Shown one piece after another: positions 18,601 through 25,477 of a stretch of 32,000 bases of DNA; positions within the stretch are counted from its first letter, which is position 1, and every line of letters starts with the position of its first letter. Position numbers and translations under genes: made by a program. This stretch comes from Ktedonobacterales bacterium (GTDB lineage: Bacteria; Chloroflexota; Ktedonobacteria; Ktedonobacterales; JADMIN01), in assembly GCA_030167145.1 (NCBI GenBank), contig CP126532.1, positions 2,970,001 to 3,002,000 of the forward strand, written 5' to 3'. The notes below the pieces were generated by a model, which was given only the letters and a program-made list of their open reading frames with translations, was not told the origin of the DNA and ran no database searches.

Positions 18601-18783
18601 CCCTACGCCCGCGTCTTCGAGTCGCCGCGCTACGCGGGCACCCCCGTGGAGGAGAGCACCGCGCCCGGCGGCCCGACAGCGCGCAATAGTAAGCGTGCAA
18701 AACAACAGAAACCAGGTAAACCGCAAAAACGTGGGAAAGCAGCGACCAGCGTGCCAACCAGCGTCCCCGCATCCCGCGTCTAA
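15607..18783 (+). CDS. fusion protein: N-terminal MurJ/MviN-type MOP flippase domain plus C-terminal O-antigen ligase/polymerase (Wzy_C-like) domain
   Basis: A single 1058-aa ORF. The ATG at 15607 follows AAGGA, and I found no internal alternative start before the first TM segment. The N-terminal half is MurJ-like (ILSAILTLASGTIAARALGVFNQSVISAHFGAGVEMDAYFATLALPVLLTNLVVNALGSAIVPVYVRM). The C-terminal half carries O-antigen ligase/polymerase signatures (LALTFVRTAWLAAFVMIAV; APHSLYLQVLFDHGIIGLLLLI). Basic K/P-rich tail. Confidence 0.8.
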   Translation: MADYTQANYRQADVGQADHRQANYPGQLLDEAEEIPQSQWATGALDGLSEPQWSSEQVITGQYRIPGAVASPSSSLTKGEAKGKVGSGRVTSRTAAQRLRETAVNAKILSAILTLASGTIAARALGVFNQSVISAHFGAGVEMDAYFATLALPVLLTNLVVNALGSAIVPVYVRMTKDGRDREASEVLSTLLNVVLLFVALLTVLTLLFPRAAVRVMAPGASEATITAGAALAPYLFPILLFSTIIGFLTGIANATRRFGFPAFGAMLVPVGIFLGTILLGNTLGVRGLALGQLGGIILQFLLMLVLSRKLKLHYRPFISFRHVEARTAIMQFWPMLIGATIGQANSVIDQIIASLLGSGSISALNYALKVISIPITVIFVAYSQAIYPYLSSQAASRDYKSLKSTISLFAWVIGLVTLGMSIVFTVFSGPIIHILFTRGAFSEQDAASTSATLIGFSVGLVPMAIEFMLTRTFNALQKNGVLMRIAIYTMVTNAALDVLMAHFFGLPGIAVATSIDYLLTAVLMLAVLKSTIGPIGIHRPPPQLLRMLAFTPGSARLRRMALRSVSKLEPLGLTFGRTVRNFALVLLGFAAIAAITMKNAVQGLRVSIGFALAFVFIRSPFGLLLTWAGLGAFYSVYVLDHSLGYVLALASIPAFLLLIRRETIMNRPWPRALYVYAAFLAWVILGVSLSPLSKSQFAIDVLGYLDYGFVLLLAVTELTTRQRFERFVTVLLCSSTVLALLGVAQYLLRFGGYQEPGATLVYRVAGIYGWSNSFGFYLCLVLPIAIYRLLTSPRGQRLLWSVVLALQIAALALTFVRTAWLAAFVMIAVAAILLDRKRRKPLLVGIGAVIVAGAALALIPQLGVQKRLLQNVTTLNSRTGGWDALIANFHPTDVLGQGLYASNNLLYHLHPDGVVAPHSLYLQVLFDHGIIGLLLLIMTILLLIGGAVRKAWRSQGNARILAALAAGGLIAAAAYVAVDNEFWVYGLGTYFWLLAALPYARVFESPRYAGTPVEESTAPGGPTARNSKRAKQQKPGKPQKRGKAATSVPTSVPASRV
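15622..15681 (+). repeat. in-frame 15-nt tandem repeat x4 inside the 5' end of the flippase-polymerase gene
   Basis: caggcaaactatcgc / caggcagacgttggc / caggcagaccaccgt / caggcaaactaccca, encoding QANYR-QADVG-QADHR-QANYP. Confidence 0.85.
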
Positions 18784-18790
18784 CATCATT

Positions 18791-18853
18791 GGGGCGTCCG
18801 CCAGACGCCCGCCCACCCGGTTCATCCGTAGGGGCGTCCGGTGGACGCCCGCC
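18791..18853. repeat. pair of REP-like GC hairpins
   Basis: ggggcgtc-cgcca-gacgcccgcc (18791-18813). gta+ggggcgtcc-ggt-ggacgcccgcc (18828-18853). Same stem, different loops. Located between the flippase-polymerase stop and the next GT start. Confidence 0.8.
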
Positions 18854-18886
18854 TGCGGTTTTGGCCGCCAGCTAGGATACAGCATC

Positions 18887-20284
18887 ATGACAACGCCAGA
18901 CAGTGAGAATCAGAGCGCGCGGCCCATGCGCGTCGTGCTCTTGACCAACCAGTTCTTGCCACGGGTCGGCGGCGCGGAAGTCCTGACCCTGCGCGAGGCG
19001 GTGGCCCTGCGCGCGATGGGGCACGAGACGCGCATCCTCACCCTCCGGCTGGATCGCGTCTGGCCCCGGACGGAAGCAATGCAAGGCGTGCCCGTGCGGC
19101 GGCTCGGCGGCCTATTCGTCGGACGCAAGCTGCGGCTCAAATTCGGCGCGCAATGGCTGGCCGAAGCGCGGCTCTGGCTTCATCTCGTCCGCACTCGCCA
19201 CACCTACGACGTCATCCACATGCGCCAGATCAGCTTCCTGGCGCGGCCCGTGGCGCTCGCCTCCCGCGTGACCGGCAAGCCCGTCATCGTGCAGATCGCC
19301 AACGCTGGCCCCGGCAGTGATTCGCCCGTACCCTCCAGCGCCGAGACCACGCTCGATGCCGGTACCGCGCTCGACCCGCATGCGCCTTATCTACGCATCC
19401 CCAAGGGTTCCTGGGGCGGTTCGGACATGGATACCCTCCGCGCCTCCCAGTGGACGGCGCGCCGCACGCTGCGTATGCTCCGCCATCGCGCCATCACCCT
19501 GCTCTCCGTCAGCAGCCGCACCACCACGTACCTGCTCGAAGACGGCCTCCGCCCCGAACAGATCGTCCTGCTGCCCACCGGCATCGAGCCGGAACAGTAC
19601 GCCCCCGCGCTCGCCCACAACGCGGAGCGCGCCGAGCACCCGCGCGCCACCCCGCCCACCGTCCTCTGTGTTGCGCGCTACCGCTACGAAAAGGGCCTCG
19701 ACTACCTGCTCCATGCCTGGCTGCTCGTGCGCCAGCGCGTGCCCGATGCCCGGCTCATCCTCGCGGGTGGTGGCCAACTACAGCAGCAGCTTGCCCACAT
19801 GATCGCCGCGCTTGGCCTGGGCGACGCGGTAGACCTCGCCGGTGTGCGCGACGACGTCAAGACCCTGCTCGGCGAAGTGGACGCCTTCGTGCTGCCCTCG
19901 CGCTACGAGGGTCTCCCCAACGCCCTGCTCGAAGCCATGGCGGCGGGCCTCCCCTGTGTCGTCACCCGCGTCAGCGGCTGCGAAGACGTCGTGCTGGACG
20001 GACAGACCGGCTTCATCGTCCCCCCCGGCCAACCTAACGCCCTGGCTGACGCCCTGGTGCGCGTGCTCACCCAGCCAGAACTCGCCCACGCGCTTGGTCG
20101 CGCGGGCCGCGACCGCGCCGTAAACCACTACGACCGCCGCGACCTCATGCGCCAGCTCACCGACCTCTATGCCCGCGTCATCGCCGCAGCGAATGGCCAG
20201 CCATCCCACATACCCAGCGCGGCGAACACCGCTACCACTGCTGAACTACCCGTGCCCGCCGCACCCGGAGGCCGCACCCGATGA
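18887..20284 (+). CDS. glycosyltransferase family 4
   Basis: ORF 18536..20284. The 5' extension runs through the hairpin repeats, so I prefer the ATG at 18887 (alternative 18926, MRVVLLTNQF). Motifs FLPRVGGAEVLTLREAVALRAMGHE and PSRYEGLPNALLEAMAAGLPCVVTRVSG (EX7E). Confidence 0.82.
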   Translation: MTTPDSENQSARPMRVVLLTNQFLPRVGGAEVLTLREAVALRAMGHETRILTLRLDRVWPRTEAMQGVPVRRLGGLFVGRKLRLKFGAQWLAEARLWLHLVRTRHTYDVIHMRQISFLARPVALASRVTGKPVIVQIANAGPGSDSPVPSSAETTLDAGTALDPHAPYLRIPKGSWGGSDMDTLRASQWTARRTLRMLRHRAITLLSVSSRTTTYLLEDGLRPEQIVLLPTGIEPEQYAPALAHNAERAEHPRATPPTVLCVARYRYEKGLDYLLHAWLLVRQRVPDARLILAGGGQLQQQLAHMIAALGLGDAVDLAGVRDDVKTLLGEVDAFVLPSRYEGLPNALLEAMAAGLPCVVTRVSGCEDVVLDGQTGFIVPPGQPNALADALVRVLTQPELAHALGRAGRDRAVNHYDRRDLMRQLTDLYARVIAAANGQPSHIPSAANTATTAELPVPAAPGGRTR

Positions 20285-20491
20285 AGCGCCCCTCCCGCCC
20301 GCACCTGACGACAACTCAGCTCACTCGTCGTCCGCACCTGACCACACGTGACCGCACCCGGCTTCGCGCCCAACCGCATCGCCAATGTATCCGCATGCTA
20401 CACTATCCACATACCCATCAACCCCACCGCGAAGGACTCGCCGCCATGCGCCATACCAGCTCAGCCACGATCATATCCGGCCACTCCATTG

Positions 20492-20567
20492 GTAGGGCAG
20501 ACATTCCTGTCTGCCCACCCGCCACATCGGCAACTCCAACCACAGTGGAGCAGACATTCCTCTCTGC
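20492..20567. repeat. REP-like hairpin plus a degenerate second copy
   Basis: gtag+ggcagaca-ttcc-tgtctgccc (20492-20516, perfect 9-bp stem). Degenerate copy gcagacattcctctctgc (20549-20567). Same cagaca/tgtctg core as at 15261-15317. Confidence 0.8.
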
Positions 20568-20577
20568 CATCACGCAA

Positions 20578-20700
20578 AAATCGGCAGAATCGGCAACTGC
20601 ATCACGCGCAATATCGCCAAATCGGCAGAATTGGCAACTGGTCTCACTGGCGAACATCGCAAAATCGGCCAGTTCGGCCACTCCGCGCATTATGCGGTTT
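20578..20700. repeat. three imperfect tandem units of ~41-42 nt built from ATCGGCA-type heptamers
   Basis: U1 20578-20618 aaatcggcagaatcggcaactgcatcacgcgcaatatcgcc. U2 20619-20660 aaatcggcagaattggcaactggtctcactggcgaacatcgc. U3 from 20661 aaaatcggccagttcggccactccgcgc... An extra half-site atcggcaact lies at 20526-20535. Confidence 0.75.
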
Positions 20701-20731
20701 TACTTTCTACGGCGGACACCGGTCTGTCCCG

Positions 20732-20793
20732 AACCCGCGCAGGCGGGTTTGGCGGCCAGCGGCCATTCAGGCGCGGTTTCAACCGCCCGCTCC
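20732..20793. repeat. two-hairpin composite intergenic repeat, copy 1
   Basis: aacccgc-gcag-gcgggtt hairpin, then tggcggccagcggcc...gcgcggtttcaaccgcccgctcc. Homologous to 25383-25467. Confidence 0.75.
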
Positions 20794-20822
20794 GCTTTGA
20801 AGGTTGAAGAAGGAGCGCGCAC

Positions 20823-22754
20823 ATGTGTGGCATAACCGGATTCGTGAACCTGGGCCTCCCCGACGCCGACGCCCAGACGCTGCTCCACCGCATGACCGAC
20901 ATCATCACCCATCGCGGCCCCGACGAAGACGGCCACTGGCTTGGCGATGGCGTGGGCCTCGGCATGCGCCGCCTCAGCATCATTGACCTCAGCGGCGGCC
21001 AGCAGCCCATCACCAACGAAGATGGCTCCGTGCTCGTCGTCTTCAACGGCGAGATCTACAACTACCGCGAGCTGCGCGCCGACCTCGAACGCGCCGGCCA
21101 TCACTTCGCCACCAACAGCGACACCGAAACCATCGTCCACGCCTACGAAGAAGACGGCCTCGACTTCCCACGGCGGCTCCACGGCATGTTTGCCATCGCC
21201 CTCTGGGACCGCAAACGCCAGCGCCTCGTCCTCGTGCGCGACCGCTTCGGCAAGAAGCCGCTCTACTACGCCCACGACGGCCAGCGTTTCATCTTCGGCT
21301 CCGAGATGAAATCGCTCCTGCTCGCCCCCAACCTGCCCCGCGACCTCGATCCCCACGCCATCGGCGAATACTTCACCTTCGGCTACATCTCTTCCCCCCG
21401 CAGCGCCCTCGCCAGCGTCGCCAAACTCCCCGCCGCGCACACCCTCACCTTCGAGCAGGGCCGCGTAGACCTGCGCCGCTACTGGTCGCTCGACTTCACT
21501 CCCCGCAGCCCCGACGACGCAGAGGCAGCCGCGCGGCGCGTCCGCGAGCTTGTCCTTGCCGCCGTCCGCAAGCGGCTGATTAGCGAAGTGCCGCTCGGCG
21601 CGTTTCTCAGCGGCGGCGTGGATTCCAGCATCGTCGTTGCCGCCATGAGCCAGGTTGGCACAGAGCGCGTCAAAACCTTCTCCATCGGCTTTGAGGAAGA
21701 GAGCCACAGCGAGCTAGAGTACGCCCGGCTCGTCGCCCAGCGCTACGACACCGACCATCACGAATTCATTGTCCGCCCCGATCTGCTCGACGTGTTGCCG
21801 CGCCTCGTCTGGACCTTCGACGAACCCTTCGCCGACGCCTCGATGGTACCCACCTATTACGTTTCCAAGATGGCCCGCCAGCATGTCACCGTGGCGCTCT
21901 CCGGCGACGGCGGCGACGAACTCTATGGCGGCTATCGCCGCTACACCCGCGCGATGGACGATATTCGCCTCGCCCGCAAGCTCGGCCCGATGCGTCCGCT
22001 CGCCTCGGTTGCGGGCGCGGTTATGCCTGAAGGCATGAAGGGCAAGAACCGTCTCAGCAGCCTCGCCAGCGACCCCGCCGAACACTACGTCGAACTGCTC
22101 TCCATCTTCCCGTCACACGTCCGTTCGCGCTTGCTCCTGCCGGAGTATCGCTTCAGCGGCGCCGACGACCCGCGACAGGTGCAGTTGCGCCACTTCGCCG
22201 ACGCCCACGATCTCGACTTCTACACCCGCATGCAGCACACCGACGTGCAGGGCTATCTCACCGAAGACATCCTCATGAAGGTGGATAAAGCCAGCATGGC
22301 CACCTCGCTGGAAGCCCGCGCCCCCCTGCTCGATCACGAATTGGCCGAATACGTCGCGTCGCTGCGCCACGAGGTCCGCAACCCCGGCGAACAAAAGAAA
22401 TACATCCTCAAGAAAGCCATGGCCGACCTGCTGCCAGAGCAAACGCTCACCCGGAGCAAAATGGGCTTCTCGCTGCCGGTGGATGGCTGGCTGCGCGGAC
22501 CGCTCCGCGACCTCGCCTGGGATACGCTCACCAGCCAGCGCGCCGCCAACCGTGGCGTGCTCGATCCCCACGAAGTACGGCGGCTACTCGACGCCCAGCG
22601 CAGCGAAGCCCGCAACAACGGCAGCCGCATCTGGGCCATGCTCTGCTTCGAGCTATGGTGCCGCGCCTACCTGGATGGCGACGGCATCGCCCAACCAGCA
22701 ACGCTGGCAACCACAGTAGGGGCGCACGGCGTGCGCCCGTCCGCGAGCGCGTAG
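20823..22754 (+). CDS. asparagine synthase (glutamine-hydrolysing) family amidotransferase, AsnB/WbpS-like
   Basis: 643 aa. N-terminal nucleophile MCGITGFVN, GATase-II region, then the PP-loop SGGVDSS. AAGGAG lies 8 nt upstream of the start. Confidence 0.9.
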   Translation: MCGITGFVNLGLPDADAQTLLHRMTDIITHRGPDEDGHWLGDGVGLGMRRLSIIDLSGGQQPITNEDGSVLVVFNGEIYNYRELRADLERAGHHFATNSDTETIVHAYEEDGLDFPRRLHGMFAIALWDRKRQRLVLVRDRFGKKPLYYAHDGQRFIFGSEMKSLLLAPNLPRDLDPHAIGEYFTFGYISSPRSALASVAKLPAAHTLTFEQGRVDLRRYWSLDFTPRSPDDAEAAARRVRELVLAAVRKRLISEVPLGAFLSGGVDSSIVVAAMSQVGTERVKTFSIGFEEESHSELEYARLVAQRYDTDHHEFIVRPDLLDVLPRLVWTFDEPFADASMVPTYYVSKMARQHVTVALSGDGGDELYGGYRRYTRAMDDIRLARKLGPMRPLASVAGAVMPEGMKGKNRLSSLASDPAEHYVELLSIFPSHVRSRLLLPEYRFSGADDPRQVQLRHFADAHDLDFYTRMQHTDVQGYLTEDILMKVDKASMATSLEARAPLLDHELAEYVASLRHEVRNPGEQKKYILKKAMADLLPEQTLTRSKMGFSLPVDGWLRGPLRDLAWDTLTSQRAANRGVLDPHEVRRLLDAQRSEARNNGSRIWAMLCFELWCRAYLDGDGIAQPATLATTVGAHGVRPSASA

Positions 22755-22782
22755 GGTTGAAGAAAGGAGGCGACGAGGTACG

Positions 22783-23991
22783 ATGGCGGCACAAACACCC
22801 CCGGATCAGCGGAATACCCACGCAGGCGCGGCCACGACGGCCACGGCAACCGCCCCGCTGCGCGTGCTCTACCTCATGGAAGGCTTTGAGAGCGGTGGCG
22901 CGGAACACCGTTTCGTGCGCATGGCCCGCGCCCTCGACCGCGACCGCTTCGCGCTCAGCATCGGCGCGCTCCGCCTTGGCGGGCCGCTTCAGCCCGCGAT
23001 GGAAGCCACCGGCGTGCCGCTCGTGCCGTTCACCCGCCGCAGCCGCTTTGACCTCTCGCCCGTGCTGCGCCTGCGCTCCTATCTGCGCGCCGAACACATA
23101 GACGTGGTGCATGCCATGCACTGGCTCTCCAACCTCACCGCCACTCTCGCCACCACCACGCTGCCCCATGTTGCCGTCATCGGCTCAACCGTTGGCATGG
23201 TCTACGACGCTTCACGCGGTGGGCGTGCCCGTCTCGCGCTAGACCACCAGACGTGGCGGCGCATGGACCGCATGACCGTCAATTCCGAGGCGCTGCGAAC
23301 CTACCTGCTCGGCCACGGCTTCCCCGAACGCAAACTCTCCGTCGTTCTCAATGGCGTGGATCTGCCCGACGCGGCACGCCTCCCAGCCGCCCGTGCGGAA
23401 GCGCGCGCCCGACTCAGTCTCGCCCCGGAGACGCCGCTGGTCGGCATCCTTGCCCGCCTCACCCCCGTCAAAGACCACCCAACCTTCCTGCGCGCCGCCC
23501 AGATCGTGCATCAGCGCATGCCAGCGGCCCGCTTCGCCCTCGTCGGCGACGGACCCGAACGCCCCGCCCTCGAAGCGCTGGCCCGCGATCTCGGCATCGC
23601 CGAAGCCGTCATCTTCACCGGCCACGTTGCATCCAGCGACCTCGTGCTGCCCGCCTTCGATGTCGCCGTCCTCTCCTCCCGCCACGAAGGCATGCCCAAT
23701 GCCCTCTTAGAAGCGGGAGCGTGGGGCGTGCCGCTCGTCTCCACCCCCGTCGGCGGCGCGCCAGAGATCGCCATAGACGGCCAGACCGGCCTACTGGCCC
23801 CCGTCGGCGACGCCCCCGCCCTCGCGGACCGCATCCTCACCCTGCTCAGCGACCCCGCCTCTGCCCACCGGCTAGGCGCAGCGGCCCGCGACCACATTGC
23901 CGCCCGCTTCTCCACGGCCACTATGATGCACAACTACGAATCCGTCTACACCGAAGTCGCCGCCGACCGCCGCAAAGGACATGGCTCTTGA
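22783..23991 (+). CDS. glycosyltransferase family 4
   Basis: 402 aa. Motifs LRVLYLMEGFESGGAEHRFVRMA and SSRHEGMPNALLEAGAWGVPLVSTPVGG (EX7E). AAAGGAGG lies upstream. Confidence 0.85.
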   Translation: MAAQTPPDQRNTHAGAATTATATAPLRVLYLMEGFESGGAEHRFVRMARALDRDRFALSIGALRLGGPLQPAMEATGVPLVPFTRRSRFDLSPVLRLRSYLRAEHIDVVHAMHWLSNLTATLATTTLPHVAVIGSTVGMVYDASRGGRARLALDHQTWRRMDRMTVNSEALRTYLLGHGFPERKLSVVLNGVDLPDAARLPAARAEARARLSLAPETPLVGILARLTPVKDHPTFLRAAQIVHQRMPAARFALVGDGPERPALEALARDLGIAEAVIFTGHVASSDLVLPAFDVAVLSSRHEGMPNALLEAGAWGVPLVSTPVGGAPEIAIDGQTGLLAPVGDAPALADRILTLLSDPASAHRLGAAARDHIAARFSTATMMHNYESVYTEVAADRRKGHGS

Positions 23992-25295
23992 ACATCCTGA
24001 TCTGCAATAATCGCTACTTCCCCTCATCCGGGCCAGAGCGCTATCTCTTCGGCATGACCGCGCTCCTCGAACGCCACGGCCATACCGTCGTGCCCTTCGC
24101 CGCCAACTATGCCCAGACCATAGACACGCCCTATAAACACTACTTCGTCCCGCCGCCGGTGGATGGCGACAGCATCTACTTCAAGCAATATAAAGACCGG
24201 CTCACCCTGGGCAAGCGCGTCGGTCTCGTCGCCCGCGCCACCTACTCGCGCCTCGTGCGCGAAGCCGCCGCGCGTGTCATCCGCGAGCAGCACATAGATC
24301 TGGTCTACCTGCTCAACACCGTCAACGTCCTCTCGCCTAGCATCATAGACGCCGCCCATAGCCAGCGCATTCCCGTCGCCCTGCGTCTCTCCGATTTCAA
24401 CCTGCTCTGCCCGGCCTACGCCTTCCTGCGTGACGGCAAAGTCTGCCAGGAATGCCTCGGCGGCTACCATCATGCGCTCCAGCACCGCTGCCTGCAAGGC
24501 TCGCTGGCGGTCACCGGCGCGCGTGTCTTCGCCATGTCGGTCCACAACGCCATCGGCATCTACGACAAAGTCGGCGCGTACATCGCTCCGTCCCGCTTCA
24601 TGGCCAAGCAAATGGAGCATTTCAAGCCAGCGCGCGGCAAGCTCCACCACATCCCCAGCTTTGTAGATCAATCCCTGCTTGATACTGTCTCATCATCATC
24701 AGCAGCTTCCGATGAGCCAGATACGCCAGTAGAAGCCCAGCGCCCGTACATCCTCTTCTTCGGGCGCGTCTCCCCCGATAAGGGCGTCGAAGTCCTGCTC
24801 CGCGCCTATGCCGGTCTCGCCCGCGACGTAGACCTCGTCATCGCTGGCGACAGCGGCGACGGCTACCGCCAGCGCATGGAACAGCTTGCCGCCTCGCTCG
24901 GCATCCCTGCCCCCAACCTCCGCTTCACCGGCTTCGTCAGCGGCGAACCGCTCTCGCGGCTCATCTCCGGTGCGCTCTGCGCCGTTGCCCCCTCCCTCTG
25001 GCACGACAACGCCCCCATGACCGTCTACGAAAGCCTCGCCCACGGCAAAGCCGTCATCGGCAGCGACCTCGGCGGCATCAGCGAACAGATCGCGGACGGC
25101 TGCGGGCTGCCCGTGCCACCGGGAGACGTGGAAGCCTTGCGCGCCGCCATGTGTACCCTCGTGGACGACCCCGCTCTCCGTACCCGCCTCGAAGCCGCCG
25201 CCCGCACCCGCGCCCTCACCGAGTACGCCCCCGAACGCCACTATCAGCGCGTCATCGCCATCTTCGATGCCCTGCGCACTACAAAGGGCGGCTAA
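23988..25295 (+). CDS. glycosyltransferase family 4 (with a Cys-rich CPAY...CQEC...C segment)
   Basis: ORF track frame 23253..25295. The homology-like part begins at (M)NILICNNRYFPSSGPERYLFG. Proposed TTG start at 23988 overlaps the upstream TGA (cTTGAa). C-terminal motif WHDNAPMTVYESLAHGKAVIGSDLGG. The start codon is uncertain. Confidence 0.75.
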   Translation: MNILICNNRYFPSSGPERYLFGMTALLERHGHTVVPFAANYAQTIDTPYKHYFVPPPVDGDSIYFKQYKDRLTLGKRVGLVARATYSRLVREAAARVIREQHIDLVYLLNTVNVLSPSIIDAAHSQRIPVALRLSDFNLLCPAYAFLRDGKVCQECLGGYHHALQHRCLQGSLAVTGARVFAMSVHNAIGIYDKVGAYIAPSRFMAKQMEHFKPARGKLHHIPSFVDQSLLDTVSSSSAASDEPDTPVEAQRPYILFFGRVSPDKGVEVLLRAYAGLARDVDLVIAGDSGDGYRQRMEQLAASLGIPAPNLRFTGFVSGEPLSRLISGALCAVAPSLWHDNAPMTVYESLAHGKAVIGSDLGGISEQIADGCGLPVPPGDVEALRAAMCTLVDDPALRTRLEAAARTRALTEYAPERHYQRVIAIFDALRTTKGG

Positions 25296-25382
25296 TCACC
25301 AGCCCATCACCATACGATTTTCGCCCTGTGCCCCGGCCTTTATGCACCTTTACAACAGCGTGTGGACACCCACGCCATCTCC

Positions 25383-25467
25383 AGCCCGCGCAGGCGGGCT
25401 TTGCGGCCAGTGGCCGTCGTAGGGGTGTACGGCGTACGCCCGTCGCGCGGTTTTAACCGCCCGCTCC
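25383..25467. repeat. two-hairpin composite intergenic repeat, copy 2, carrying a nested GTAG hairpin
   Basis: agcccgc-gcag-gcgggct hairpin, then ttgcggccagtggcc. The nested unit gtaggggtgtacggcgtacgccc (25419-25441) is flanked by gtc on both sides. Then gcgcggttttaaccgcccgctcc. Lies between convergent genes. Confidence 0.75.
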
Positions 25468-25477
25468 TCTATTGCTG

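Noticed and set aside
18536-18886. 5' extensions of track ORFs (18536 for the GT, 23253 for the last GT, 12001 for the PCP, 10866 for the sugar transferase, 30492-30752 for the epimerase, 31575 for the small lipoprotein, 30752 for the lipoprotein)
   Set aside because: The extensions run through upstream genes or through the intergenic hairpin repeats, producing peptides such as AYAVHPYADGG, and they lack RBSs. Internal starts with Shine-Dalgarno sequences coincide with where family homology or signal peptides begin.
20521-20700. Possible CRISPR array (regularly spaced repeats in a long intergenic gap)
   Set aside because: The units are contiguous imperfect tandem copies (~41 nt) with no unique spacers between conserved repeats. 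There are only three units, and no cas genes or leader.
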